Part shown: positions 44,424 through 55,858 of the stretch, in pieces | Layout of the letters: the number at the start of each line of letters is the position of its first letter | Numbering within the stretch: position 1 is the first letter of the stretch | From: Bryobacterales bacterium | GTDB taxonomy: Bacteria > Acidobacteriota > Terriglobia > Bryobacterales > UBA6623 | Direction: 5' to 3' | Assembly: GCA_965247305.1 (NCBI GenBank) | Contig: OZ252030.1 | Span: forward strand, 189,262-253,261 | DNA length: 64,000 nucleotides | The notes under the pieces: model-generated | Told to the model about the DNA's origin: nothing | Database searches by the model: none | Seen by the model: only the letters and a program-made list of their open reading frames with translations | Translations under genes and position numbers: made by a program

Positions 44424-46646
44424 ATGATGATTAGCGCGGTGTCGAAGTCTTCATTTATCGCGTTTTGGGTCGCTATCGCACTGGCTGTGCCGGCGGCTCA
44501 GGCCGCGGATTGGCCAAACTGGCGCGGCGTCAATTCCGACGGCGTCTCGGGCGAGCGGGGGCTTCCGGACACGTGGTCGGCTGACGGCGAGAACTTGATC
44601 TGGAAAGCGCCTTATGGTGGGCGCGCTACGCCGATCGTTTTAGACGGCCGGGTCTGCCTCATTCGGCTGGCTGAGCCCGACGACCCAGCGAAATGGCAGG
44701 AGCAGGTTGTTTGCCTGAACGCGGATACCGGCGCCGTGGTTTGGGAGTACCGTTTTAACGTCTTTCAGACCGATATTCCGCACCACCGCATTGGTTGGGC
44801 GAGTTTGGTTGGCGACCCATCGACCGGCAATGTTTTCGCGCATGGCGTCGAGGGGATGGTGATTGCTTTCGACCCCGACGGGAACGTGCTTTGGGAGCGG
44901 GCGACTACGCAGGAGATCGGGCGCATCTCGGGGTTCGGCGGCCGCACCGTTAGCGGCGTGCTCGACGGCGATTTGCTGATTGTTAGTTTTCTGTCAGCCG
45001 GCTGGGGATCGACTTTCATACCACGCCATCGTTTCTATGCTCTCGATAAGAGGACTGGCGAAACAATCTGGATTTCTACGCCGGGGAATGCTCCTTTCGA
45101 TACCACTTATTCTGCTCCGATTGTTCGTGAACTGAGCGGAGAACGCCTATTGATCGCGGGCAACGGCGACGGCGGCGTCTACGCGCTGCAGGTCGCTACG
45201 GGCAATAAAGTATGGGGCTTCCCGATGTCGAAGCGCGGCCTCAATTCCTCCGTGGTCGTTGACGGCAATATTGTGTATGCCTCGCATAGCGAGGAAAACT
45301 CTGACGAAAGCACCGCAATGGGCCGCTTGGTGGCGCTTGATGCCGCAACGGTTTCTGACGGCAAGCCGAAGCAACTCTGGATGATTGACGGTTTCACTGG
45401 TGGCTATGCCTCACCCGCGCTGTACAACGGTGTGGTTTACCACGTCGACAACTCGGCGAACCTTGTCGCTATTGACGGCAAGACTGGAAACCAACTGTGG
45501 CTCGAGAATTTGGGAATCGCGCAGAAGGCTTCGCCGATTATCGGTGACGGCAAACTGTACGTTTCTGACGTTGACGGCAAATTTCATGTCTTCAAACTCA
45601 ATGGCCGATCGGCGCCGGAGAAAATCGATCTCGATGTGTTCAAGAACCCTGACGGCAGCGCCACGCAAATCAACGGATCGCCCGCGATCGCCGGTGGGCG
45701 AGTGTATTTCATCACCAACAACGACCTTTACTGCATTGGCAAGAATGGGTCGGCCGGAGGTTCGACAGCGGACATTTTGAGCGCGCCAACGAGAGCAGGC
45801 GCGGGAGCAAAAGCGGCGCTCGTGCAGTTAACGCCGGCCGAGATCAATTTACGGCCTGGGGAAACGGCGCAGTTCACCGCGCGGACATTCGACGCCAGAG
45901 GCCGGCTGATCGGCGAGAGCGAGGCTCAGTGGTCAATCGAAGGAGCGCTCAAGGGCAACTTGAGTGGCTCGGGATCGTTCACGGCAAGCGAGGAATTTCC
46001 GCAGGGCGGCCAGGTCGTCGCGACGGTCGCCGAGTTGAAGGGTGTCGCGCGCGTGGCGGTGCGGCCTGACGGCGGATTCACTGAAGACTTTTCGCGCTAT
46101 GCACCAAAGAGCGTGCCTGACGGGTGGTCGGCCGCGCGTGGGCGCTTCCAGGTAATGGAAGTCGACGGCGAGAACATGCTCTACAAGCCTTCAGGCAATC
46201 CGCGTAGCTGGCGCACGACGGTCTACGTTGGCGATACGCGGCAGAAAAATTACGATGTCGAGGCCGAAGTGATGTCGAAAGAGGCACGGCGGCGGATGGC
46301 CGACATCGGCATTGTTTCGCACCGCTACACGTTGGCGCTAATGGGCAACGCTCAGACGCTGATGATTCGAACTTGGCTCTCGGAATTGGAGCGTTTTTCG
46401 AAAGAGATCGATTTTGAGTGGGATCCCGACGTTTGGTACCAAATCAAGCTTCGCGTCGAGCCCTCTGAGGGCGGCACGACGACAGTTCGCGGCAAAGTTT
46501 GGGAGAAGGGCAAGCCTGAGCCCGACGCTTGGACGATCGAGGCGACGGATCCGATCGGGCATACGCATGGCAGCCCTGGGATCTACGGCTACTCATCCGC
46601 TGACATCTACTACGACAACCTGAAGGTCACGCCCTACGGCGGCTAA
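44424..46646 (+). CDS. secreted PQQ-like beta-propeller protein with C-terminal Ig-like and lectin/DUF1080-like domains
   Basis: Signal peptide ...AVPAAQAADWPNWRG, propeller blades, and a C-terminal jelly-roll-like region (WYQIKLRVE...GSPGIYGYSSADIYYDNLKV). Confidence 0.75.
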   Translation: MMISAVSKSSFIAFWVAIALAVPAAQAADWPNWRGVNSDGVSGERGLPDTWSADGENLIWKAPYGGRATPIVLDGRVCLIRLAEPDDPAKWQEQVVCLNADTGAVVWEYRFNVFQTDIPHHRIGWASLVGDPSTGNVFAHGVEGMVIAFDPDGNVLWERATTQEIGRISGFGGRTVSGVLDGDLLIVSFLSAGWGSTFIPRHRFYALDKRTGETIWISTPGNAPFDTTYSAPIVRELSGERLLIAGNGDGGVYALQVATGNKVWGFPMSKRGLNSSVVVDGNIVYASHSEENSDESTAMGRLVALDAATVSDGKPKQLWMIDGFTGGYASPALYNGVVYHVDNSANLVAIDGKTGNQLWLENLGIAQKASPIIGDGKLYVSDVDGKFHVFKLNGRSAPEKIDLDVFKNPDGSATQINGSPAIAGGRVYFITNNDLYCIGKNGSAGGSTADILSAPTRAGAGAKAALVQLTPAEINLRPGETAQFTARTFDARGRLIGESEAQWSIEGALKGNLSGSGSFTASEEFPQGGQVVATVAELKGVARVAVRPDGGFTEDFSRYAPKSVPDGWSAARGRFQVMEVDGENMLYKPSGNPRSWRTTVYVGDTRQKNYDVEAEVMSKEARRRMADIGIVSHRYTLALMGNAQTLMIRTWLSELERFSKEIDFEWDPDVWYQIKLRVEPSEGGTTTVRGKVWEKGKPEPDAWTIEATDPIGHTHGSPGIYGYSSADIYYDNLKVTPYGG

Positions 46647-46672
46647 CCTGGCGACTAAGGGACTAGAACCAT

Positions 46673-48088
46673 ATGTTGATCAACAATCGTTTGCTCGTTG
46701 TTTCGCTCTCCGCCGCGCTTGTGGCACCGCTTTTCGGTGCCGACTGGCCGATGTGGGGGGGTGACGGCGATCGCAACATGGTTTCAAGTGAGAAAGGCAT
46801 ACCGAGCACTTGGGATGTAAAAGCGAAGACGAACATCAAGTGGGTGTCGGAGGTCGGCTCGCAGTCGTACGGCAATCCGGTCGTCGCCGACGGAAAGATT
46901 TTCGTCGGCACAAACAACGAATTCCTGCGCGATCCGAAGCAAGACGGGGACCGCGGAGTGGTGATGGTGTTCAACGAGGCCGATGGGAAATTCCTCTGGC
47001 AAATGACCCATCCGAAGCTCGCGGCCGGGCGGGTTAATGATTGGCCCGAGCAAGGTGTTTGCTCTTCCCCGGCGGTGGTTGACGGTGTCGTTTACTACGT
47101 TTCGAATCGCGCCGAAGTGCTGGCGCTCGATGTTGAAGGTTTCATGGATGGCGAAAACGACGGCCCGTTCAAAGAAGAGGAGCATACCTCGGAAATGGAC
47201 GGCGACGTCATTTGGTCGTTGAATATGTACGACGACCTGGGGGTGTTTCCACACAACATGGCGGCTACCTCACCGTTGATCGTTGGCGACATCTTGTTCG
47301 TGAACACTTCGAACGGCGTCGACGAAAGCCACGTAAATATCCCTTCGCCGCGAAGCCCAAGCTTCTTGGCAATCAATCGTAAGACCGGTGAAATTCTGTG
47401 GGAAGACGGCTCGCCGGGCCGCAACATTTTGCATGGCCAGTGGTCGTCACCCGCCTACGGCGACATTGGCGGAAAGAAGCAGGTTCTTTTTGCGGGCGGA
47501 GACGGCTGGTTGCGGAGCTTCGTGCCTGAAAGTGGCGAGTTGATTTGGAAGTTTGATGCTAACCCGAAGGAATCCGAATGGAAGCAGGGACGTGGTGATC
47601 GCAACAACATCATCGCGACGCCGGTGGTCAATGAAGGACGCGTTTACTTCGCGGTGGGGCAAGACCCCGAGCACGGTGAAGGCATTGGACACCTGTGGGC
47701 GATCGACGGTAGCGGGTCTGGCGATGTGACCGAGACCGCGGTGGTTTGGCATCATCCCTTCCGACGGACGATTTCGACTGTAGCGATCGACGACGGCGTC
47801 GTGTACGCCGCGAACTTCTCAGGATTTCTACACGCGCTGGATCTCGCGTCAGGCGAGTTGCTTTGGGAGCACGATATGCTCGCGGCGGTTTGGGGATCTC
47901 CCTACGTGGTCGACGGTAGAGTCATGATCGGCGATGAGGATGGCGACTTGTCGATCGTCAAGACGGGACGCGAGATGGAAGTGCTGGCGGAGATCAGCTT
48001 TGGCAACACGATTTACTCGACACCGGTCGTCGCAAACGGGACGCTCTACGTGATGACGCGCTCGCATTTGTACGCGATCGCGGAATAG
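46673..48088 (+). CDS. secreted PQQ-like beta-propeller repeat protein
   Basis: Signal peptide followed by ADWPMWGGD, with repeated blades ending ...GTLYVMTRSHLYAI. Confidence 0.75.
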   Translation: MLINNRLLVVSLSAALVAPLFGADWPMWGGDGDRNMVSSEKGIPSTWDVKAKTNIKWVSEVGSQSYGNPVVADGKIFVGTNNEFLRDPKQDGDRGVVMVFNEADGKFLWQMTHPKLAAGRVNDWPEQGVCSSPAVVDGVVYYVSNRAEVLALDVEGFMDGENDGPFKEEEHTSEMDGDVIWSLNMYDDLGVFPHNMAATSPLIVGDILFVNTSNGVDESHVNIPSPRSPSFLAINRKTGEILWEDGSPGRNILHGQWSSPAYGDIGGKKQVLFAGGDGWLRSFVPESGELIWKFDANPKESEWKQGRGDRNNIIATPVVNEGRVYFAVGQDPEHGEGIGHLWAIDGSGSGDVTETAVVWHHPFRRTISTVAIDDGVVYAANFSGFLHALDLASGELLWEHDMLAAVWGSPYVVDGRVMIGDEDGDLSIVKTGREMEVLAEISFGNTIYSTPVVANGTLYVMTRSHLYAIAE

Positions 48089-48195
48089 TCCGGCGACTTG
48101 GGGAGGTCTCTCGCATGAGGGTTTCCCCATAGAACTACTAGGGCTTAAGTCGGGTGTTGGGCGCGGCGCCCGAGGCCTCAAAATTGCTCGTAGAT

Positions 48196-48426
48196 ATGTA
48201 CTGCACTGGTTGCGGAACTGAACTTACGGGCGCATTTTGCACCGATTGTGGCCAGCAGGCCGGCAACCAGCCGGGCGGCCCGGCGGCCCCCCAACTGGCG
48301 GCTTCGATGTCGAAGCCGGGATTTCGGGTTTCACGCAAGATCTGGTTTAAGCTGATCTACCTTGGCATCGTCATACTCGGGTTCACTTTCGTCACGAGTC
48401 GGCTCGCGAACCTATTTCCTCAATAG
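48196..48426 (+). CDS. zinc-ribbon protein with C-terminal TM helix
   Basis: MYCTGCGTELTGAFCTDCGQ (CxxC-N8-CxxC) and a hydrophobic tail WFKLIYLGIVILGFTFV. The ATG at 48196 is preferred to the GTG at 48154. Confidence 0.55.
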   Translation: MYCTGCGTELTGAFCTDCGQQAGNQPGGPAAPQLAASMSKPGFRVSRKIWFKLIYLGIVILGFTFVTSRLANLFPQ

Positions 48427-48452
48427 CGCTTTTGCGACAATGGCTGCGTACG

Positions 48453-49409
48453 ATGCTCAGTCAGGCGCAGCTTTCTCAGTTCGACGAAGATGGGTTTTTG
48501 GTTGTTGAGGATCTGCTCGATCAAGAACTCGATGTTGCGCCTGTAGTCGCCGAGTATGAGGCGCTGCTCGACAACCTCTGCGCGGGCTGGGTTGCTGAGG
48601 GGCGTCTAGAGGATACATTTGCGGCGCTACCTTTTGAGCAGCGGCTCGTAAAGGTCTATCAGGCCGGGTTGCAGTACACGCAGCCGCTTGATATTGCTCT
48701 ACCGGGCGGCGAGATTAGAGCGGATACGCCGATTCATTTGGGGCAGGCGGTCTTTGACTTGATGCGCAGTCCGCGGCTGCTCGACGCGGTGGAGTCGTTC
48801 ATCGGACCAGAGATTTATTCGAACCCTATCCAACACGTGAGGATTAAGCCGCCGTTGAGTCTGGTCGACGCCACGGACCACGCGAATGCCATGTTGGCAA
48901 AGACGTTCTGGCACCAAGACCAGGGCGTGACGATGCCCGAGGCGGATGAAACGAACATGATCACGGCCTGGGTCGCGATTACAGACGCCACGGCTGAGAA
49001 TGGCTGCCTCCAAGTGATTCCGGGCAGCCATCGCGGGGAGATGGTGACGCACTGTCCGGGCAAGCAAACTAGGATTCCGGATCATCTCATTGACGAGGGG
49101 TTGGCACGGCCGGTTCCGGTGCGGGGCGGCGGTGTGATTTTCTTTCACCCCTATACGAAGCACGCGTCGCTGAACAATTTGAGCGATTCGTTCCGCTGGA
49201 GCTTTGATCTACGCTACAACCCAATTGGGGAGCCTACCGGACGGCCATTCTTCCCCGGATTTGTAGCGCGCAGCCAGGCGCACCCGCAGAGCGAGGTGCG
49301 CGACGTGAGGGACTGGGCGGCCTCTTGGTATGAGGCCCGGAGATTGCTCGCTATCGATGGCTCGGTGACGCTGCATCGCTGGGACGCTGACGCGCCGGTT
49401 TGTGCTTAG
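48453..49409 (+). CDS. phytanoyl-CoA dioxygenase (PhyH) family Fe(II)/2-oxoglutarate oxygenase
   Basis: Contains LSQFDEDGFLVVEDLL, the H-x-D motif in FWHQDQG, and the distal His in HPYTKHAS. Confidence 0.8.
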   Translation: MLSQAQLSQFDEDGFLVVEDLLDQELDVAPVVAEYEALLDNLCAGWVAEGRLEDTFAALPFEQRLVKVYQAGLQYTQPLDIALPGGEIRADTPIHLGQAVFDLMRSPRLLDAVESFIGPEIYSNPIQHVRIKPPLSLVDATDHANAMLAKTFWHQDQGVTMPEADETNMITAWVAITDATAENGCLQVIPGSHRGEMVTHCPGKQTRIPDHLIDEGLARPVPVRGGGVIFFHPYTKHASLNNLSDSFRWSFDLRYNPIGEPTGRPFFPGFVARSQAHPQSEVRDVRDWAASWYEARRLLAIDGSVTLHRWDADAPVCA

Positions 49410-49747
49410 CCCGCATTTCTCACCAGCCAACAGTGAATGCACGCGTTAGTTGCGTCACCCCTTCGTTGCGCTCGCTTGCCGTGCTCAACGGACTGTCGAG
49501 TACGCCTGCGCGCGCCAAGTGTCGCGTGCCTCGTATTGACGGACCTTCCGCGCACTTTCCGTCGCTGACTGGTGAGAATTGCGGGTTATAACGGCATTAG
49601 TTGATGTGCGATCATCTTTGCGTCTGCTTTTCCTGAAGAGCGGCGTGAGTAGCTGCTCCGGTTGGATCAGTCGCTTCGTGACAACCGCCTACCTTCTTGC
49701 GCGGCTCAGACTCTCGCCATCTGCACAACGTTGCTGGCGTCGTCTCG

Positions 49748-51994
49748 ATGAATTTTCGATTTTTGATTTTGGCCATCGTGCTGATTTTTGTCGGCGATGC
49801 TCGCGCGCAGGACCTTACAGCGGCGCAACAGGTTCGCGTGCGCGCGCGCAAAATCGCCGAGCCGCCCATGCTTGACGGCGTCGTGGACGACGCGGTGTGG
49901 CAGGCAATCGAACCGGCGGCGGGTTTCATCCAGCAGAATCCTGACGAAGGCGCGGCGGCGACCGAGCCGACTGAAGTTCGCCTGGCGTTCGACGGCAAGT
50001 TTCTCTATATCGGCGTGATCTGTTTCGATTCGCAGCCACAGAACATCGTGATGACGCAGAATCGCCGCGATGCTCCGCTCGACGACACCGACTCCGTTCA
50101 GATACTGCTCGATACGTTTGATGACGACCAGAGCGCGTTTATCTTTGGGACTACGCCGACGGGTGTGGAGTTTGATGCGCAGTTGTCGAAGGCGGGCCAA
50201 GCTCGTGGCGGCGTGGGTACTCCGGCGACGGCCGGTGGCGGCGGCGCCCAGCGTGGAGGAGCCGCTGCTTTCAACCTCAATTGGGACGCAGTCTGGGACG
50301 TGCGCTCGAGCATCACAGAGCGTGGCTGGGAGAGCGAGATTCGGATTCCGTTTCGGACTTTGCGGTACCGGCCCGGTACGGACTCAAAGTGGGGGCTGAA
50401 CGTGATGCGCACCATGCGGCGGCGCAACGAGCAATCGTTCTGGGCACCCGTATCGCGTGCCTTTCAATTCAGTCAGGTCGGCCTCGCGGGCGAGCTTTAC
50501 GGGCTGGATACAACCCCGCAGCGCAACTTGAAACTGTTGCCCTACGTCTTGGGCGGGTTCTCGCAAGACTTTCGACTCGAGGGCGATCGAACAGAGATCA
50601 AGAAAAACGTGGGCCTCGACTTGAAGTACAGCCTTACGCCGGGTCTGACTCTCGACGCTACGTTCAATACGGACTTTGCGCAGGTGGAGGTGGACGACGA
50701 ACAGATCAACCTGACGCGGTTTGACTTGTTCTTCCCCGAGAAGCGGCCGTTTTTCCTTGAGAACTCGGGGACCTTCGAATTTGGTACGCCGCGTACGGTC
50801 GAGCTATTTTTCTCACGGCGTATCGGCATTGACGAAAACCGCAATCAAGTTCCGATCGATGCCGGCGCTCGCGTGAGCGGCAAGGTTGGCAAGTATCAGG
50901 TTGGGATGCTCAATATGCAGACGCGTGAGCAAGAAGGCTCGGCGCCGGCGAACAACTATGGGGCGGCACGCGTAGCGCGGGAGTTTTCAAATCGTACGTC
51001 GATTGGCGGAATCTTTGTTTCGCGAAAAGCGACGACGGAGTTTGAGGACGCGCCGGATTCGAACATAGCCTTCGGGCTCGATGCGAATATCGGGTTCGGT
51101 CAGTACGCTAACTGGTTTAACTATGTGGCGAAAAGTTCAACACCGGGCTTAGAGGGCAGCGACCACGCTTACGCTTCGGCATTTGCTTATGAAAGCACGA
51201 ACCACAATCTCGACTTGTCGATTATCGAGGTCGGGACTAACTTTAATCCCGAAGTCGGCTTTGTACGGCGCGTAGGGTATCGCAAACCGACCGTCGGGTA
51301 CCGCCACACGTTCTATCCAAAGAACAGCCGGATTCGCAGCGTCTTTCCTCATTTCCAATGGAACCGCTGGTATACCTTGGGATCGAACGAAACCGAGTCG
51401 GGGTTTGAGCACTACCACGTCGATAGCCGGTGGCAAAACGGGGGGCGGCTGGGGACGTCGTTCAACCGCCACTTTGAACGTCTGGACAGGCCATTTGAAG
51501 TTCATCCGGGGGTGTTTATCGCACCAGGGCGTTATCCATTCCAAGACCTCATCGCTAACTTTGGAACTGACCCCACGGCGACGCTGTTTGCGAGTGGCTC
51601 GGTGGCGGCCGGAAGTTTCTACAACGGCACGATTCGCTCGCTGAACTTTAGCGGCGGTTATCGCTATAGCCACAATATTGTTTGGACCGGCAGTTACACA
51701 CGGAACATTGTCGACCTCCCGCAGGCAGAGTTTAATACCGACTTGGTCGGACTGCGGTTTAACTGGTCGTTTACCCCGAAGAGTTTCCTACAGACGCTGA
51801 GTCAGTACAACAGCCGGACGGGGCAAATTGGCCACAACATTCGCCTGGGGTTGATGTCGACGTCGAGTACCGGACTATTTGTTGTTTACAACAACTCCAA
51901 TTCGACACGCGACTTCACCGACCCACATGACGATGTCCGGAGGACGCTGTCGCGGGCTTTGTTTGTGAAGTTTAGTTACTTGTTGGATTATTGA
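49748..51994 (+). CDS. CBM9-like + DUF5916 beta-barrel protein
   Basis: ATG at 49748 gives signal peptide MNFRFLILAIVLIFVGDARA. It has PMLDGVVDDAVWQAIEPAAGFIQQNPDEG...TEVRLAFDGKFLYIGV and a long beta-strand region. The family name is from memory. Confidence 0.7.
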   Translation: MNFRFLILAIVLIFVGDARAQDLTAAQQVRVRARKIAEPPMLDGVVDDAVWQAIEPAAGFIQQNPDEGAAATEPTEVRLAFDGKFLYIGVICFDSQPQNIVMTQNRRDAPLDDTDSVQILLDTFDDDQSAFIFGTTPTGVEFDAQLSKAGQARGGVGTPATAGGGGAQRGGAAAFNLNWDAVWDVRSSITERGWESEIRIPFRTLRYRPGTDSKWGLNVMRTMRRRNEQSFWAPVSRAFQFSQVGLAGELYGLDTTPQRNLKLLPYVLGGFSQDFRLEGDRTEIKKNVGLDLKYSLTPGLTLDATFNTDFAQVEVDDEQINLTRFDLFFPEKRPFFLENSGTFEFGTPRTVELFFSRRIGIDENRNQVPIDAGARVSGKVGKYQVGMLNMQTREQEGSAPANNYGAARVAREFSNRTSIGGIFVSRKATTEFEDAPDSNIAFGLDANIGFGQYANWFNYVAKSSTPGLEGSDHAYASAFAYESTNHNLDLSIIEVGTNFNPEVGFVRRVGYRKPTVGYRHTFYPKNSRIRSVFPHFQWNRWYTLGSNETESGFEHYHVDSRWQNGGRLGTSFNRHFERLDRPFEVHPGVFIAPGRYPFQDLIANFGTDPTATLFASGSVAAGSFYNGTIRSLNFSGGYRYSHNIVWTGSYTRNIVDLPQAEFNTDLVGLRFNWSFTPKSFLQTLSQYNSRTGQIGHNIRLGLMSTSSTGLFVVYNNSNSTRDFTDPHDDVRRTLSRALFVKFSYLLDY

Positions 51995-52029
51995 GTGCTT
52001 GGCGGGGTTCGATGCGATGCCCCTGTGAG

Positions 52030-52809
52030 CTATTCATCGACGCGGGCTTGGAGGATCACGAACATACCTCGGGCCTTGCCTTGCATGCCGGTTTTGCCAA
52101 TGACCACTAGTTTGTTTTCGGCGACGTCGATGTCGGTGTTGATGCCGAGATCGCTGTAATTGTATTCGTCTTTGCCTGTGAGTATCGGGACGCGAAAACC
52201 CGCTCTTAGGTTTTGTAGGTGCACCGTGCGAGCACCGACGGCGCCACTGACTCCGGTGACGTTTGTACGGAACTGATAGATCATTGGGCGGACCGAGCGC
52301 TGGCCGCTCGGATCCGGTTCGACACCGCTGACCTCGGTTGCGCGGTCGACGCGAACTCGCGTGATTAGCGTGTCGAGCAATTCGTAGCCGGGGTAAGGAA
52401 AGCGAGGTTTCAATTGCTCGACCACCGCGTTGAGGTCGCCCGGGAGTCTTGCGGTCGTCGGCTCGTCAGTCACCCCAAGAAAGTGCACTGTGAGCTCGAC
52501 ATTGATGTCAGCGTTCGCCGCTCGCGGCACGTCCAGCGCGCGGATTGCCTCTTCTACTGTGTCGACCTCGCTGGCCGTACCAATCACCGTGAGCACGCCG
52601 AGGTCTTTGCTTGGGATCATGTTGCCTCTGACCCACTTCCGAAACATCCCCGAGACATCGTTCGGGTTAAGGTGATGCACGCGAATCACGCGCTTCACGA
52701 TGGAATTGCCGTCGTCGACGGACTGCGCGTCCAATAGGCCCGACGTTGTGACCGGAACAATGAAACATAGTAGACAAGCAAATCTTAAAAGCTTTCGTAA
52801 AGACATCAT
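52030..52809 (-). CDS. secreted protein with secretin-N-like repeats, no secretin pore domain
   Basis: The true start is ATGATG at 52809/52806, overlapping the anti-sigma stop. Signal peptide MMSLRKLLRFACLLCFIVPV. VIRVHHLNPNDVSGMF...LTVIGTASEVDTVEEAIRALDVP resembles the short secretin_N module. Confidence 0.6.
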   Translation of the reverse strand: MMSLRKLLRFACLLCFIVPVTTSGLLDAQSVDDGNSIVKRVIRVHHLNPNDVSGMFRKWVRGNMIPSKDLGVLTVIGTASEVDTVEEAIRALDVPRAANADINVELTVHFLGVTDEPTTARLPGDLNAVVEQLKPRFPYPGYELLDTLITRVRVDRATEVSGVEPDPSGQRSVRPMIYQFRTNVTGVSGAVGARTVHLQNLRAGFRVPILTGKDEYNYSDLGINTDIDVAENKLVVIGKTGMQGKARGMFVILQARVDE

Positions 52810-53405
52810 GAACCTCCGTGGGTCTCGCTGACCCAGTAAAGCACTACATCGGGATTGGTTGACGGGAGTTTGAGGATGACGCTGTCTTTCGCGTCGGGTT
52901 CTGACTCCGGTGGAATGTTGAGGGCGAAGACTTCGATCTCGGTGTGCGGCGGCGCCTGTGGCTGTGGCGCAGGCTCGAGCCTCGCGGGTGGTGAAGCTAC
53001 GGCGGGTTCCGGCGGCAGAGCAACGGGCGGCACCGGTCTGACAATTGCGATGGTTGGCGGCGGCACAGGTTCGGCATGTTGGAAAACGTTCCAGGCAACG
53101 GCGAACGAGGCGACGCTCGCGAGGCCCATTGCGATTCGCAATCGCCAACCTCCAAAGAATCCAACTGTCGGAGCCATAGATAGCTCACGTAGGACTGAAG
53201 TTCTTGCCTCTGACAAGACGGCTGGGTCGATGGATTCCTCAACCGCCGGTCGCAGCTCCACGCGAATCGCCTCAAATTCTGCAATCACAGCGGCACAATC
53301 CGTACAGCTCGCGACGTGGGTTTCCAGCGATCTGGCCTGCGGTAAGTCCAGCGAGCCTTCAACCAGATCCGGAACTTTGAGCAGAAACTCTTCGCAAGTC
53401 ATCAT
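52806..53405 (-). CDS. anti-sigma factor (zf-HC2), single TM, Pro-rich periplasmic tail
   Basis: H-x3-C-x2-C in ETHVASCTDCAAV, a TM span (RIAMGLASVASFAVAWNVF), and a 4-nt overlap with the sigma gene. Confidence 0.8.
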   Translation of the reverse strand: MMTCEEFLLKVPDLVEGSLDLPQARSLETHVASCTDCAAVIAEFEAIRVELRPAVEESIDPAVLSEARTSVLRELSMAPTVGFFGGWRLRIAMGLASVASFAVAWNVFQHAEPVPPPTIAIVRPVPPVALPPEPAVASPPARLEPAPQPQAPPHTEIEVFALNIPPESEPDAKDSVILKLPSTNPDVVLYWVSETHGGS

Positions 53406-54022
53406 TGCTTCAGCCTCCGTTGGACGAACGCCCTGAGCTTTGCGCGCGCACGACTCGCCTGTGAACGCACCGAACTCTCGGACGAACCGAGTACAGCGCT
53501 CGCTTCCGCCGCCGACATTCCCTCGATGTCACGCAGGATCAGCGCCGTCCGCTCTTTGGTCGGCAACTGTTTGAGTCCCTCCGTCAGAATCCGGCGTCGT
53601 TCGTTCAAGAGCGCCTGCTCGTCGGATTGCATTGCGCTCTCGGCCGGTTCGGTCAGGTGCCCTGTCGCCGTCAGCATGTCCAGCGAAAGGGCGGAGAACG
53701 TCCGGCGTTTGCGCTGCGTGTCGCGGCAGACGTTCATCGTGATTCGATAGAGCCACGGCAGAAAGTCGTTGCCGGGGCGGAACGAGCCGAGGCCCCGATG
53801 AATACGTAGGAAGACTTCTTGTGAGGCGTCGCTAGCGTCCTCAGGATTTCGTAGTGTAGCTAGGGCCACGCGGAAGACTCGGCGCTCGTGCAGGATCATG
53901 ATTCTTTCGAATGCGGCGAGGCTTCCAGTTTGTGCCTGCTGGATGAGCGCCTGGATGTCGGTTTGTAGGGCGTCGAACTCCTCGTCGGGAGCGGACATCC
54001 AATACTCGGTCGCGGCGGCCAC
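53402..54022 (-). CDS. ECF (sigma-70 family group 4) RNA polymerase sigma factor
   Basis: Region 2 is DASQEVFLRIHRGLGSFR...FLPWLYRITMNVCRD. Region 4 is ERTALILRDIEGMSAAEASAVLGSSESSVRSQASRARAKLR. Confidence 0.9.
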   Translation of the reverse strand: MAAATEYWMSAPDEEFDALQTDIQALIQQAQTGSLAAFERIMILHERRVFRVALATLRNPEDASDASQEVFLRIHRGLGSFRPGNDFLPWLYRITMNVCRDTQRKRRTFSALSLDMLTATGHLTEPAESAMQSDEQALLNERRRILTEGLKQLPTKERTALILRDIEGMSAAEASAVLGSSESSVRSQASRARAKLRAFVQRRLKQ

Positions 54023-54144
54023 GGTTTCTGCCTCTCGCTAGGTAATACGCGTCCGGAGGGTCAAACGTTGAGAGGAAAAACGAATCACCCGGCTTCAACG
54101 GCTCGGAATGACGCATCGAGACTTTCGACGTTCGAGCAGAGCGA

Positions 54145-55704
<1,560 letters not shown>

Positions 55705-55824
55705 GGTTTTTGCAGGTGGGGATGGAGATTCCCCGCACAGGTGCGTGGGGAACCTTCATTGTAGTGATGCCTACGGACTAGGCCCAACTCTGTCCGTAAG
55801 CAAGCGATGACCTCGAAGTGGATC

Positions 55825-55858
55825 AAACGAGGCGTGGACGGAAGTCCACGCCTCGTTT
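55825..55858. repeat. terminator-like hairpin AAACGAGGCGTGGAC-GGAA-GTCCACGCCTCGTTT, left flank of IS copy C
   Basis: Perfect 15-bp stem with A-tract/T-tract flanks, abutting the IS end. It is duplicated at 57771-57804. Confidence 0.85.

Noticed and set aside
52030-53148. 372-aa version of the secretin-N-like gene.
   Set aside because: The first 113 codons overlap the anti-sigma gene in another frame and are Arg-rich junk. The ATGATG at 52809/52806 gives a clean signal peptide and stop/start coupling.
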